Origin: Rubripirellula sp.
Lineage (GTDB): Bacteria; Planctomycetota; Planctomycetia; Pirellulales; Pirellulaceae
Assembly: GCA_965216875.1 (NCBI GenBank)
Contig: OZ244207.1
Coordinates: forward strand, 4,640,001-4,704,000
DNA length: 64,000 nucleotides
Direction: 5' to 3'
Part shown: positions 41,669 through 52,730 of the stretch, piece after piece
Layout of the letters: each line of letters opens with the position of its first letter
Numbering within the stretch: position 1 is the stretch's first letter
Notes under the pieces: model-generated
The model's database searches: none
Told to the model about the DNA's origin: nothing
Seen by the model: only the letters and a program-made list of their open reading frames with translations
Program-made: the position numbers and the translations under genes

Positions 41669-42370
41669 ATGATGCCCTGCAGTGCCTGCCTTTTTTGCCA
41701 GTGGATGCCGACTATGCGTTTGACTGAGCCAACTTCAATGTCAGAAGCACCCCTTTCGAGCGACCGTGTTCTTCCGTCAGAAGAGCCGCAAGAGGGTTCG
41801 ATCCGCGAGCCAGGTATCTTTGCCGGCGAGGTGATTCTGTCGACCAAAGAACTCGAAGATCACGAGGGTGTCTTGCAATGGTTGCGAAAGGCCGATCGTT
41901 TGTCGGTTCGCAAACTGTTTCACACGTTGCCTGCTCCACCCATCGGCGTCCTGTGCGGCGAGTTTGACGCCGAATTGCTTGACCAAGGTGGCCGCTTGCC
42001 GCAGAAGGTGACTCAGTGGGCCTTTGGCGCGTACGGCATCTGGCTGGGTAAAGCGTTCCGACCGATCTCAGAGGAATCAGGCGAAGGCTACAACTACTTC
42101 CAAGGCCGCGACGATGTCATTCGCAAGCTGCCCATGGATACCTTCATCGAGCCATCGGTGCTCGACAACAACCCTGCGATGAAGCTGTCTTACAAGGATC
42201 GCAATCGCGGACTGATTCGCCAGCTTGTCGGCGAAATCCGTCAGGTCACGCAAGAGATCTTGCTTGGAATCGGTGTCTTCACACCTCAAGTCGGCGGCAA
42301 GAGTTTGTGCCAACGAAAAATTCCATTCATGATGGTCGGTCCACAGCGCGGCTATCACACTCAGGGCTAA
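41669..42370 (+). CDS. Hypothetical protein
   Basis: Long ORF with protein-like composition; true start probably 41714 or 41738. Confidence 0.65.
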   Translation: MMPCSACLFCQWMPTMRLTEPTSMSEAPLSSDRVLPSEEPQEGSIREPGIFAGEVILSTKELEDHEGVLQWLRKADRLSVRKLFHTLPAPPIGVLCGEFDAELLDQGGRLPQKVTQWAFGAYGIWLGKAFRPISEESGEGYNYFQGRDDVIRKLPMDTFIEPSVLDNNPAMKLSYKDRNRGLIRQLVGEIRQVTQEILLGIGVFTPQVGGKSLCQRKIPFMMVGPQRGYHTQG

Positions 42371-42448
42371 TGCCTGTGAGTGTCACCGGCCGCCGAGCCA
42401 TCTCGCCATCCGACCCTGTTTGTCTCCTCGCACCCTAACCCCACACCG

Positions 42449-43456
42449 ATGACGCGCAGCCTAGTGACGGGGGCCTCTGGATTCATTGGCCCCCACTTGG
42501 TCAAGTTGCTGAAAGAGCAGGGGAGTGAAGTGCGATGTTTGGTCCGCAAGAGCTCAAATGTCGACGCGCTCGAACCGCTCGATCCCAAGTTTGTTTATGG
42601 CGACATCAGCGATGCTGATTCAATCCAGTCAGCCGTGCAGGACGTTGACGTCGTCTATCACCTCGCAGGGCTAACCAAAAGCTTGAAGGTAGACCAGCTT
42701 TTTCACGTCAATGAACAAGGGGTTCGAAACATCGTGAAAGCATGTGCCCGCCGCGAATCACCGCCAACGTTGATTTTGGTTTCTTCCCTTGCCGCGGCTG
42801 GCCCCTCATTGTCCGACCGGGATCGGGAAGAAACAGATCCTTGCCAACCGGTATCGAATTATGGGCACAGCAAGCGAGCCGGCGAACTCGCGGCCATCGA
42901 ATATGCCAACAATGTGCCGACCTCGATCGTACGACCTCCGATCGTCTTGGGCGAAGGTGACCGCGCAACGTTGTCGCTGTTCGATGTCATCGTCAAGTTT
43001 CGATTTCACTTCGTGCCATCGTTCGCCGATCACCGTTTTTCGATTGTGCACGCGGACGACCTCGCCGGCTCCCTTGTCGCTGTCGCCGACCGCGGCCAAA
43101 GGGTTTCCGGCCAAGACGATCCAACGCGTGGCATCTACTTTTCTGCGGCGGACGAAATCCCCACCTATGCAAAGCTTGGCAAAATGATCGGCCAGGCAGT
43201 GGGGCGTCCTCGAGCGTGGACCATTCGATCTCCTGAATTCGCAATCTGGTTGGCGGCCGGCGTGAGCGATTTGGCATCGCGAGTCCGACGAAAACCGCAC
43301 ATTCTTAACCTTGATAAGGCGCGTGAAGCGGCTGCGGGTTCCTGGACTTGCAGCGTCGATCGAATGCGCAACGAAATCGGCTTCTCACACGACAAAACGC
43401 TCCAAGAGCGTATTGAGCAAACCTATCGCTGGTACGTCGACAAAGGCTGGCTGTAG
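42449..43456 (+). CDS. NAD-dependent epimerase/dehydratase (extended SDR)
   Basis: VTGASGFIG, HLAG, YGHSK motifs. Confidence 0.92.
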   Translation: MTRSLVTGASGFIGPHLVKLLKEQGSEVRCLVRKSSNVDALEPLDPKFVYGDISDADSIQSAVQDVDVVYHLAGLTKSLKVDQLFHVNEQGVRNIVKACARRESPPTLILVSSLAAAGPSLSDRDREETDPCQPVSNYGHSKRAGELAAIEYANNVPTSIVRPPIVLGEGDRATLSLFDVIVKFRFHFVPSFADHRFSIVHADDLAGSLVAVADRGQRVSGQDDPTRGIYFSAADEIPTYAKLGKMIGQAVGRPRAWTIRSPEFAIWLAAGVSDLASRVRRKPHILNLDKAREAAAGSWTCSVDRMRNEIGFSHDKTLQERIEQTYRWYVDKGWL

Positions 43457-43662
43457 CCACCTATCGTCGCCTTTCGCTCCGCGAAGGTAGCGTCTTCAAA
43501 CGCACCTTGTGCGATTCAAAACGAGTGCAAATCCCGACGCGCGCGTGTTCGGCTCACACCCGAGTCACCGCAAGGCGTCATGCGGAGAATGCGCTACTTC
43601 GTTAGGATAGGCGCCGAATTGGATTGAACCCGATTCAACCGTCCACGCGTATTCGTTACAGC

Positions 43663-44781
43663 ATGCGAGTTGATTTTGTCATCACCGAACTATTTGTCGG
43701 CGGCGCCGAGCGCTGCCTGACAGAACTTGCGATTGGCCTGGCTGAATCGGGCGACTCGGTACGTGTTTTTTCCATTGGGCCGTTACCCACTGGCGTGAAG
43801 GCCGCGTTAGTTGACCGTCTGGAAGAGCATGGAATCACAGTCACATCGGGTGGCGGCGACTCGCTGCGCCGCACCGCGGCCGTTTACCGAAAACTGAAAA
43901 AATGGCTCGGATCGGACCCTCCGGATATCTGTCAGACGTTCATGTTTCATGCCAATGTCCTGGGCACTTACGCCGCCAAAGCGGTCGGCGTCCCGGTTCG
44001 AGTCGGCGGCTTGCGAGTCGCGGAAAGTCGCCCCATGCGGAACGTCATGGAACGATCGGCGGCCAAACGGATGGACTCGATGGTTTGCGTCAGCTCGGCC
44101 GTCGCTCAGTTTGCAAAGCACCATTTCGGCAACAGTTGTCCGCTGACCACGATTGGAAATGGCGTCGATGTCACCCGATTTGCGACGGCGCCCGCATTTG
44201 ACTGGACCACCCTCGGTTGGCCCGGCGATGTGGACGTTTCGTTATTCGTGGGGCGTTTCCACCCTCAAAAGGGCATCGAACTGCTGCAGAAGGAGATCGA
44301 AGCCATCGCGCCCCGCGATTCCAAGCGTCGACTGCTACTGGTCGGTGACGGCCCGCTGCGCAGCGATTTGGAAAACTGGGCATCGTCGATTGGATCCAAT
44401 CGCGTGCAATGCTTGCCTTGGCAAAGTGACGTGGCGCCTCTGATGTCTGCGAGCCGCTTGCTGGTGTTGCCGAGCCACTACGAAGGGATGCCGAATGTGG
44501 TGCTCGAGGCGATGGCTGCGGGAATCCCGGTCGTGTGCAGCCAAGTCGAGGGGAGCAAAGAACTCTTGTCTCACGCCTTTGCCCAGCAGAGTTTTCCTTC
44601 TGGCGACGCGATCGCAATGAAAAAGCTCGTCGAGACAATCATGTCCGACGAGCTTCTTCGTGCTGAACTGGGTAGCGACAATCGAGACCGAGTCAAACGG
44701 GACTTCTCGATCGCCGCAATGATCGACGCCTACCGCCGACACTATCGGGATCGGCTGGCCGTACGACGACTCGAAGTGTGA
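43663..44781 (+). CDS. GT4 glycosyltransferase
   Basis: GGAE, NGVD, VGRF..QKG, EGMPNVVLEAMAAG motifs. Confidence 0.92.
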   Translation: MRVDFVITELFVGGAERCLTELAIGLAESGDSVRVFSIGPLPTGVKAALVDRLEEHGITVTSGGGDSLRRTAAVYRKLKKWLGSDPPDICQTFMFHANVLGTYAAKAVGVPVRVGGLRVAESRPMRNVMERSAAKRMDSMVCVSSAVAQFAKHHFGNSCPLTTIGNGVDVTRFATAPAFDWTTLGWPGDVDVSLFVGRFHPQKGIELLQKEIEAIAPRDSKRRLLLVGDGPLRSDLENWASSIGSNRVQCLPWQSDVAPLMSASRLLVLPSHYEGMPNVVLEAMAAGIPVVCSQVEGSKELLSHAFAQQSFPSGDAIAMKKLVETIMSDELLRAELGSDNRDRVKRDFSIAAMIDAYRRHYRDRLAVRRLEV

Positions 44782-45518
44782 GTGCTGCGTGACAGCGGTG
44801 CGCGGCTGATGGGCGCTTCGTAGCTGCTTGGACGAACCGCACCAAACCGCTTCAAGCTCGCTCCGCGATCATCTTTGAACGGATCCGACAAAGTGTCGAA
44901 CAAGGAACCACCTGGCTTCTCTTGGGGTTTGACTTCAGGCGTCTTGGTCTCGGGCTTAGGCATGCGCACTGGCGGTGGAACATTGTCGACCGGCTCGGGC
45001 AATGCTTGGACAGAGTCCTTTGACTCCGGCACGTTCTTGAGTGGAGCTGCGTCAATCGCCCGCGGCTGAACTTCCAAAACATCGTGCTGTTTTGGATCGT
45101 GATGGTCGGTGTCACTGTAATCATCGTGGCCATGGGCTTCGTGCATCGGCACGGCCTTTTCGGTCGAATGATGATGCAAGGTTTGCGGAGGCATCGGCAG
45201 CATGAGCTCTTCGATCATGGCTGCATCACACGCATCGTCGCAACAGAGGTCGTCACACCCGCTGGTGGTGCACTTGGCAATTAGCTTGTCCAAGCCGCCT
45301 TTGACCTTCTTCATCGCCTTGCTGAGACAATTGTGTTTTGGCCAGGGGGAGCATTTGCAGGAACAATCGCAGCATTTGACTTGAGGGCAAGCGCCACAAC
45401 TTGGCTCGCAGCCACAATCCGCTGCCGAGACAAGGTTGCCGGCGCTGAACAGGGCGATCCCGCCAGCAGCGGCGAGAGCGAGAAGACGCTTTTTGATGGA
45501 TGCAGTTTCGGAGATCAT
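44742..45518 (-). CDS. Secreted Cys-rich hypothetical protein
   Basis: Signal peptide, CGCEPSCGAC-type stretch; 40-bp tail-to-tail overlap with the GT4 gene. Confidence 0.65.
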   Translation of the reverse strand: MISETASIKKRLLALAAAGGIALFSAGNLVSAADCGCEPSCGACPQVKCCDCSCKCSPWPKHNCLSKAMKKVKGGLDKLIAKCTTSGCDDLCCDDACDAAMIEELMLPMPPQTLHHHSTEKAVPMHEAHGHDDYSDTDHHDPKQHDVLEVQPRAIDAAPLKNVPESKDSVQALPEPVDNVPPPVRMPKPETKTPEVKPQEKPGGSLFDTLSDPFKDDRGASLKRFGAVRPSSYEAPISRAPLSRSTHTSSRRTASRSR

Positions 45519-45817
45519 GAATGGTCTCGATTTCAGACAGGTAATGACGTTTCCTAGAACGCTGAATGGGGATATCGACGCGACAGAACCGGAATGACCA
45601 AGAGAACCGCGAAGACCCTCAAACTCCCCCCAAATTCACAGCCGCCCGGCATTGTCAGCCTGACCGATCGGACCGGCACGCTGGGCGATCAGACTGGCAC
45701 GCTGGGCGATCGAAAGCCCACCCCAGCTTTCGCGACCCTGACTTCCGGTCATTTTCTCTCAGCCACCTAATCGCTAAACTGCCTGAAATTCATCACTACC
45801 CAACTGAAAGAACAAAC

Positions 45818-46099
45818 ATGCCCAAGGCAAGTGCACGACACATCTTGGTTTCGACCGAACAAGAATGCCTCGATCTCAAACATCGCATCGAAGGCGGTGA
45901 AGACTTCGGCGCATTGGCCGCCGAATTCTCGTCCTGCCCCTCAGGGCAAAAGGGCGGCGCGCTCGGAAGCTTCGGCCCGGGTCAGATGGTTCCCGAGTTT
46001 GACCAAGCCGTCTTCGGCGGCGACGTTGGTGTCGTTCAAGGCCCAGTGAAAACGCAATTCGGCTACCACCTCTTGGAAGTGACCGAACGGACCGAGTAA
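45818..46099 (+). CDS. ppiC: Parvulin peptidyl-prolyl isomerase
   Basis: ASARHILV, SSCPSGQKGG.LG, MVPEFD, KTQFGYH; 93 aa. Confidence 0.93.
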   Translation: MPKASARHILVSTEQECLDLKHRIEGGEDFGALAAEFSSCPSGQKGGALGSFGPGQMVPEFDQAVFGGDVGVVQGPVKTQFGYHLLEVTERTE

Positions 46100-46106
46100 A
46101 TCCCAC

Positions 46107-46193
46107 GTTGCGACCTTCGCCAGAAGGTGGTCCGCGCCGTTCGTAGTCCCGCCTTCAGGCGGAAGAGTATGAAGATTCCGGCTAAAGCTCGGT
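46107..46193. repeat. REP cluster (families E and B)
   Basis: Matches 28995-29041 and 6761-6810. Confidence 0.75.
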
Positions 46194-46198
46194 GTGAG

Positions 46199-47599
46199 CT
46201 AATAAGCCTGATCCCGTTTCAAAACGACCAACACCGTTTTGAACAGAATCTTGATGTCGAGCCACAGGGACCAGTTGCGAATGTAGCGATGGTCCCAGGT
46301 GACTCGGCGCTCCATCTTATCGACCGTTTCGGTCTCGCCGCGGCATCCGTTGACCTGTGCAAGCCCCGTAATGCCTGGTTTGACTTTGTGGCGCAACATG
46401 TATCCGTGGATCAAACCGCGGTATTGTTCGTTGTGTGCCGTGGCGTGGGGACGTGGCCCCACCAATGACATGGTGCCCTCGATCACGTTGAATAACTGGG
46501 GCAGTTCATCCAAGCTCGTCTTGCGCAGGATGTTGCCGATGGGAGTGACACGTGGGTCATCTTTGGTCGCTTGTTTGACGACGGCACCGTTGTCGCAAGT
46601 TCGCATCGAGCGAAATTTCCAAACCAGAATCTCGCGTCCATCAAGCCCGTATCGCTTTTGACGAAAGAACACCGATCCCTTCGAAGTCAGTTTGACAGCC
46701 AAGGCGATCAGCGACATCGGAATCGCCAGTACCACCAACATCGACAGGGCAATCGCGAGATCAGCGATCCGTTTGGAAACGCCGTCGACACCGTAAAGCG
46801 GATTCTCAAACACCGAAACGGCAGGCAGCCCACCCATGTTCGTCCAACGCGAGTGCAGCAATTCGAAAACGAAGAAGTCGGGCACAATGTAGACCGAAGC
46901 GGTCGTATCGCTGAACTGATCAAGCAGGTAACGAATCCGCGTCTCGGCGCGCATCGGCAAGGTGATCAAGACGGTATCGACCTCACCATCGCGAGCCATT
47001 TGAACCAGTTGGCCAAGGTTACCGGTGACGGTTTCATTGCATTTTTCGAGGTCGCGTGGTTCAGCCCGATCATCGTAAAAGCCCAGGAGCTGAAACCCGA
47101 GTCCACTGTCATCGCGAATGTTGGCTGCCGTTTGCACGCCCAATTCGTTTAGACCGGCGATCGCTACTTTCCGGACGCCCATCCCATGACGCATCAACCC
47201 GCGTTGCACGATCCGCAAACACATTCGCTGGAGTGCAATCAGAGTCGGTGCGAGGATGATCCATGCAAACACGAGTCGCCGCGAGAAATGATGGCCATAA
47301 CGCGTTGCAAAACCAAGCACGGCTAACACGACCAATGTCATCGCCCAGGTGGCAAGCACGTCGGAGACTTCGCGGTTGGGATTGCTCGTGTCGGTCGGAC
47401 GATGGAGCGCAGTCAACTGCGCCAACAACAGGAAGACGACAATCGCGACCATTCCCATCGCCGTCGTCTTTTCATCGATCGGCCCGGTCGAAAACCAGCA
47501 TGTCAGCGCAAGCGACGCCATCACGGCGGCGGCATCAAGGACAGGCTGGACGAAGTCCCACCAGCGACGGTGGGTCGTGATCAAGGATCGCGGCTGCAT
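46199..47599 (-). CDS. wcaJ: Undecaprenyl-phosphate glucose phosphotransferase (WcaJ-like)
   Basis: N-terminal TMs; KFRSM, DDPRVT, SLDELPQL, SLVGPRP, KPGITGLAQ motifs. Confidence 0.88.
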   Translation of the reverse strand: MQPRSLITTHRRWWDFVQPVLDAAAVMASLALTCWFSTGPIDEKTTAMGMVAIVVFLLLAQLTALHRPTDTSNPNREVSDVLATWAMTLVVLAVLGFATRYGHHFSRRLVFAWIILAPTLIALQRMCLRIVQRGLMRHGMGVRKVAIAGLNELGVQTAANIRDDSGLGFQLLGFYDDRAEPRDLEKCNETVTGNLGQLVQMARDGEVDTVLITLPMRAETRIRYLLDQFSDTTASVYIVPDFFVFELLHSRWTNMGGLPAVSVFENPLYGVDGVSKRIADLAIALSMLVVLAIPMSLIALAVKLTSKGSVFFRQKRYGLDGREILVWKFRSMRTCDNGAVVKQATKDDPRVTPIGNILRKTSLDELPQLFNVIEGTMSLVGPRPHATAHNEQYRGLIHGYMLRHKVKPGITGLAQVNGCRGETETVDKMERRVTWDHRYIRNWSLWLDIKILFKTVLVVLKRDQAY

Positions 47600-47642
47600 G
47601 GATCGAACGACACTAGCTAATGTTGGAACGGTTCAGCCAACA

Positions 47643-48572
47643 CTAGCTCGCAGAAGTGTCAAACCAATCCAATCCGAGATCAAGCGAGGTCGCTTGATGC
47701 GTCAACGCGCCGCTACTGATTCGGTCCACACCGGTCGCAGCAATCAAAGCGATTGTATCGATCCGAATATTCCCGCTCGCCTCGAGTTCGACCTGTGGAT
47801 TGAGCTCATCGCGCAGGGCAACGGCTTGCCGAAGCTCGGCGATCTCAAAATTGTCAACCAACACAATGTCCGGGCCAACTGGCAAAACACTGCGCAGCTG
47901 TTCCAGTGAGTCGACTTCGATTTCGACCATCGATGGCGCCGTCAATCGCTCGACCTGAGACGACTTCCACTTGATCGCGCGGCTTGCCGCTTCGTCGGGC
48001 GTCAGCGGCTTGCCATCTTTTCCACCCAATGCCAAGTGGTTGTCCTTGATCAGGAACCCATCGTAGAGCCCGGTGCGATGGTTCGTCCCGCCGCCGCAGC
48101 GCACCGCGTACTTTTCCAACAATCGCCAACCTGGTGTTGTCTTGCGTGTGTCATAAAGTCGGGTCTTCGAATCGCCAAGTTCAGCAACATAGGTACTGGT
48201 TAGCGTCGCGATACCGCAGAGCCGACTGACGATGTTCAAGATTGTCCGTTCACTCGTAAGAAGATCGCGAACATTCCCTCGCAAAGTGGCAATGGGTTTT
48301 CCTGGCTCCAATCGCTTGCCGTCCACCGCAAGCACATCAACTTGCAAGTCTGCGTCAAACTCATCGACGATCCACGGAATCAACTCGGCGCCGCAAACGA
48401 CGCCTTCTTGACGCGGCACCACCTGACATCCGCCGGTCGCTTCTTCGGAAACCAAACAGACCGTCGTCCAATCCAGCGAGTGACGCAAATCTTCAGCGAT
48501 CGACAAGCGGACCAAGCCGCGCAAGTCATGCTCGAGATGTTCGTCGGCCGTTACCTGCAAGTAATCATTCAT
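47643..48572 (-). CDS. nadC: Nicotinate-nucleotide diphosphorylase
   Basis: DTRKTTPG, NHR.GL.D, IKDNH, EIEVD, EASG, ISSGALTH motifs. Confidence 0.95.
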   Translation of the reverse strand: MNDYLQVTADEHLEHDLRGLVRLSIAEDLRHSLDWTTVCLVSEEATGGCQVVPRQEGVVCGAELIPWIVDEFDADLQVDVLAVDGKRLEPGKPIATLRGNVRDLLTSERTILNIVSRLCGIATLTSTYVAELGDSKTRLYDTRKTTPGWRLLEKYAVRCGGGTNHRTGLYDGFLIKDNHLALGGKDGKPLTPDEAASRAIKWKSSQVERLTAPSMVEIEVDSLEQLRSVLPVGPDIVLVDNFEIAELRQAVALRDELNPQVELEASGNIRIDTIALIAATGVDRISSGALTHQATSLDLGLDWFDTSAS

Positions 48573-48777
48573 GCTGTCATTCCGCTAGGAGGTTGCCCTA
48601 CGGTGTATCAACAATCGGACCAGTAAGAAAGGGCCGAGTCACGGAGCGTCTAAGTTGCGCGCGTGAGCGAGCCCAGAAATACCGACGGCGAGCCGATCGC
48701 ATGGTTGCCGAGGGGCCGCGCCAGACCAGATAATCTTGGTCGTTGATGGAACACGATCGGAAGGAATCAATTCGGTC

Positions 48778-49185
48778 ATGCCGACCCACCTCGCAACAAC
48801 GCCGCTGGCGAAACGACGCGTTCAATGGACGTTGGCGTCGATCGTTTGCGCTGCAATCGTCACCATCGCGGTTGCGAGGCAAAACATCCAAGCCCCTGAT
48901 CGTGCCGCCAAATTCTCGGGCGCTGGCGAGAAGTTTCATCTCGACTTGAACCGGGCCGACGTGCGTGAACTCGCGTTGCTCCCGGGCGTCGGGCCGGTGC
49001 TCGCCGACCGAATTGTGCACAATCGCGAGCGTCAGGGGGCATTTGAATCACTCGACGATTTGAGTCGAGTCTACGGGATCGGCGACAAAACGATCGCCCG
49101 CATCTCGACTGTATGCGAGGTGACAGTCAATCATCCCCCGCTGGATCTGGCCCATTCATTTGATCGGGACACGGTCGATCGCTAG
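48778..49185 (+). CDS. comEA: ComEA-like helix-hairpin-helix DNA-binding protein
   Basis: TM anchor; LDLNRA...LPGVGP...VYGIG HhH motifs. Confidence 0.8.
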   Translation: MPTHLATTPLAKRRVQWTLASIVCAAIVTIAVARQNIQAPDRAAKFSGAGEKFHLDLNRADVRELALLPGVGPVLADRIVHNRERQGAFESLDDLSRVYGIGDKTIARISTVCEVTVNHPPLDLAHSFDRDTVDR

Positions 49186-49273
49186 CGGCTTGGAAAACGG
49201 GCGGCCGCGGTCGATACTATCGAGGTCTCCTGCGTCACCAGGTTTGGCACCCAGCACCTCGCAACCAGCAGCC

Positions 49274-51409
49274 ATGTCCACGCTTCCCAATCGCAAACCT
49301 GCCGAGCAGCTTCCGCCCGCTGAATTTCACTTGCACCAACCGTTCGCTCCGGGTGGGGACCAACCCAAAGCGATCGAATCGCTCACCCGGGCATTCCAAG
49401 GGGGTAGCAGCGCCCAAGTCTTGCTCGGTGCGACGGGAACGGGAAAGACGTTCACCATGGCCAACGTGATCGCCAACCTTGGTCGCCCCGCGTTGGTCTT
49501 GAGTCACAACAAAACGCTCGCCGCCCAGCTGTACAGCGAGTTCCGTGAGTTCTTTCCCGAGAACGCGGTCCACTACTTTGTCAGCTACTACGACTACTAC
49601 CAACCGGAAGCCTACATCCCACAGCGTGACGTCTACATCGAAAAAGACGCGTCGATCAACGAAGAGATCGATCGACTGCGATTGGCGACCACCAGCTCAT
49701 TGGTCAGCCGACGGGATGTGGTGATCATCGCATCGGTCTCGAGCATTTATGGTCTCGGTTCGCCCAAAGACTACAAAGAACTGATGATTGCGTTGCACAA
49801 AGGCGAATCAACGAGGCGCGACCATCTGTTGCTTAAGTTCGTTGATCTTCTTTACGAGCGGAACGATGTCGCTTTTGAACGCGGCAAGTTTCGGGTGCGT
49901 GGCGATTCGATTGAACTTTGGCCAACCTACGAAGAGTTCGCTTATCGCATTGAAATGTGGGGGGATGAGATCGAACAGATTTCGATCATCAAACCGGTCT
50001 CGGGCGAAACGATCAAAACTCTCGATCGGGTCTTTATCTATCCAGCGCGCCACTTTGTGATGCCGGAAGACCGCATCCAAAACGCGCTGCGTGTGATCAA
50101 GCAGGAGCTTCAAGATCAACTTGAGCAGTTCCAGAATCAGGGCAAACTTCTGGAAGCACAACGTCTCTCCGCACGCACCCGTTTCGATCTCGAAATGTTG
50201 GCCGAAGTGGGACATTGTCCAGGAATCGAAAACTACAGCCGCCCCCTTTCGGGCAAACCGCCGGGCGCGACCCCTGACACACTTTACGAGTTCTTCCCCG
50301 ACGACTTTGTGACCTTTGTCGACGAGTCGCATGTGACCGTTCCTCAGGTTCGCGCAATGTACGCCGGCGACCGAAGCCGGAAACTAACACTGGTCGACCA
50401 CGGTTTCCGGTTACCAAGTGCCTTGGACAACCGACCTCTCAAATTCGAAGAGTGGGAAGAACGAACCGGCCAAATCTGTTTCGTCAGCGCGACGCCAAGC
50501 GACTACGAACTCGAACGAACCGGCGGCGAGGTGGTCGAGCAGATCATTCGACCGACCGGCTTGCTCGACCCCGAAGTCGAGGTGGTCTCGGCTCGCGGCC
50601 AAGTCAAACATTTGTTGGACGAGATTCGAATTCGCGCCGAGCGCGATGAACGTGTCTTGGTCACGGCATTGACCAAACGACTCGCCGAAGACCTTTCGAC
50701 GTTTTTCCAAGAACAGAACGTCCGCTGCCGTTGGCTCCACAGCGAACTCGATGCCTTCGAACGCGTCGAGTTGTTGCAAGAGCTTCGATCGGGTCGTTTC
50801 GACTGTCTCGTCGGAGTCAACCTGCTGCGTGAAGGGCTCGACCTTCCCGAAGTGTCGCTGGTTGCGATCCTCGACGCCGACAAAGAAGGTTTCCTTCGAA
50901 GCGAAACGAGCCTGATTCAAACGATTGGCCGAGCCGCTCGGAACGCAAACTCCAAAGTCATCCTGTATGCCGACAAGGTGACCGAGTCGATGAGGCTAGC
51001 GATTGACGAAACGGAACGCCGCCGCGCGCTTCAACAAGCCTACAACGACGAACATGGCATCACGCCCGAAACGGTCCGCAAAACGATTCTTGCAGGGATC
51101 GAAAGCGAAGCCGCCAAACGACGCAAGACGAACGCCGCCGCTCAAGCTGAATCCGAAAAGGTCTACATCACACTCGAGTACGTCGAAACACTCGAGCAAG
51201 AAATGTTGGCCGCCGCCGAGGCACTCGAATTTGAACGAGCCGCCCAATTGCGTGACCGAGTGATGCAGCTGAAAGAGAACATCGGCAAACCTCTGTCGGA
51301 AGTGGAGTATGACGAATCACAAAGCTCCGCCACCGGTCGCCAAAAGAAACGCCGCAAAGGGATGAAAGCAGCCAAGGGAACTCGAGTCCCCAAACCGCAC
51401 CGCGGCTAG
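49274..51409 (+). CDS. uvrB: Excinuclease ABC subunit B
   Basis: [30 protein letters not shown]-terminal UVR domain. Confidence 0.98.
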   Translation: MSTLPNRKPAEQLPPAEFHLHQPFAPGGDQPKAIESLTRAFQGGSSAQVLLGATGTGKTFTMANVIANLGRPALVLSHNKTLAAQLYSEFREFFPENAVHYFVSYYDYYQPEAYIPQRDVYIEKDASINEEIDRLRLATTSSLVSRRDVVIIASVSSIYGLGSPKDYKELMIALHKGESTRRDHLLLKFVDLLYERNDVAFERGKFRVRGDSIELWPTYEEFAYRIEMWGDEIEQISIIKPVSGETIKTLDRVFIYPARHFVMPEDRIQNALRVIKQELQDQLEQFQNQGKLLEAQRLSARTRFDLEMLAEVGHCPGIENYSRPLSGKPPGATPDTLYEFFPDDFVTFVDESHVTVPQVRAMYAGDRSRKLTLVDHGFRLPSALDNRPLKFEEWEERTGQICFVSATPSDYELERTGGEVVEQIIRPTGLLDPEVEVVSARGQVKHLLDEIRIRAERDERVLVTALTKRLAEDLSTFFQEQNVRCRWLHSELDAFERVELLQELRSGRFDCLVGVNLLREGLDLPEVSLVAILDADKEGFLRSETSLIQTIGRAARNANSKVILYADKVTESMRLAIDETERRRALQQAYNDEHGITPETVRKTILAGIESEAAKRRKTNAAAQAESEKVYITLEYVETLEQEMLAAAEALEFERAAQLRDRVMQLKENIGKPLSEVEYDESQSSATGRQKKRRKGMKAAKGTRVPKPHRG

Positions 51410-51454
51410 TGGTCCTCTTTGAGCCGGCGAGGCATTGATTCGTGTGAGCCGGCA

Positions 51455-51741
51455 GTTCGTAGTACCGAGCCTTAGCCGGAATCTTCTCGCAAGACGCCGT
51501 AGCTACGCTCGCCAGAGCGTAGCTACGGACCGCAGAGCGTCCATAGTCGCCTTTCGCTCCGCCGAAAGTTGCGTTCTTGGCTCTCAAAAAGACATTGCGT
51601 TGGACCGGGAAATAGACAATCAATCCAACCACAGATGGACACAGATCAACGCAGATGCTTGTTACCAGAAATCTGAGTTCATCTGCTTTCATCCGCGGTC
51701 GCCAACCATAGTCGCCTTTCGCTCCGCCGAAAGTTGCGTTC
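51455..51741. repeat. REP cluster plus one full and one partial ~165-bp unit (family G)
   Basis: CCATAGTCGCCTTTCGCTCCGCCGAAAGTTGCG at 51541 and 51706. Confidence 0.85.
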
Positions 51742-51747
51742 CGGTTG

Positions 51748-52233
51748 CTACTCCGTCGAGTGCCGTTCCCGAGGGTGTTGATGACGTGCGCTAATCGTCA
51801 CGTCCAGCGGTCCCATCAGCATTGTGCTGTCCAGCAAGTCTTGGATCTTATCGATGGGAATCGAATTCTTCTTCAGCTTCTCCTTGCCCGCAGGCTTCGG
51901 ATCAAAGTCATGCCACTGTTGAGGGCAAACAAGAAAGTAGGCTGCCTCCTTGCTCGGAAAGCGCACGACAACCGCGTTGGTCGACGGACAATACAAAAAC
52001 ACATGATCGTCGCGACGAGGCTTCACCATCAAAGCCCTGAGCAAGACCGGCCGCGCCGACTCTGGGATCCAATCAGGCGGATCCTCATAGCCAAACAACT
52101 GATGACGGTTGTTGACCTTGGCTGTGCTGTTGTTATCACCGAACAGGTCATCGACAACCTGTGCGGTGCAGCAATGCGAGATCAGCACCAATGCCAGAAT
52201 GAGAACAACACGGAGCATCGGCATCGTCTCCAA
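51748..52233 (-). CDS. Orphan secreted hypothetical protein inside the repeat array
   Basis: Signal-peptide-like N-terminus; fills the gap between family G units. Confidence 0.55.
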   Translation of the reverse strand: METMPMLRVVLILALVLISHCCTAQVVDDLFGDNNSTAKVNNRHQLFGYEDPPDWIPESARPVLLRALMVKPRRDDHVFLYCPSTNAVVVRFPSKEAAYFLVCPQQWHDFDPKPAGKEKLKKNSIPIDKIQDLLDSTMLMGPLDVTISARHQHPRERHSTE

Positions 52234-52344
52234 TAAAAGAGTGGCTAGGACTTGTTTCCACCGTTCGATTCTATCAACGGTTACAGACGCGGTCGCTGTC
52301 AGCGACTGAAAATCAAATGTCTACACGGCGACTAGCAGGATCAA

Positions 52345-52708
52345 CCATAGTCACCTTTCGCTCCGCCGAAAGTTGCGTTCTTGGCTCCCGAAAAAAGACA
52401 TTGCGTTGGATCGTGGAACAGAAAACCAATCCAACCACAGATGGACACGGATCAACGCAGATGCTTGTCACCAGAAATCTGAGTTCATCTGCTTTCATCC
52501 GCGGTCGCCAACCATAGTCGCCTTTCGCTCCGCCGAAAGTTGCGTTCTTGGCTAACGAAAAGACATTGCGCTGGATCGGGAACAGACAATCAAGCCAACC
52601 ACAGATGGACACGGAGCAACGCAGATGATTGCCCCCGGGTATCTGAGTTCATCTGCTTTTATCTGCGGTCACCAACCTATGTCGCCTTTCGCTCCGCCGA
52701 AAGTTGCG
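52345..52708. repeat. Family G tandem array (two full units and one partial)
   Basis: Units start at 52345, 52512 and 52676. Confidence 0.9.
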
Positions 52709-52730
52709 CCCGTTGCTTTCCAGGTCCAGC

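Noticed and set aside
45673..45710. Direct repeat GGCACGCTGGGCGATC x2
   Set aside because: Two short copies only; no supportable function
47643..48572. nadC as part of the PARP/NAD+ system
   Set aside because: 8 kb away among housekeeping genes; no evidence of linkage
51541..52708. Possible CRISPR or integron attC array
   Set aside because: Whole ~165-bp units are repeated without unique spacers; no cas or integrase gene in the window
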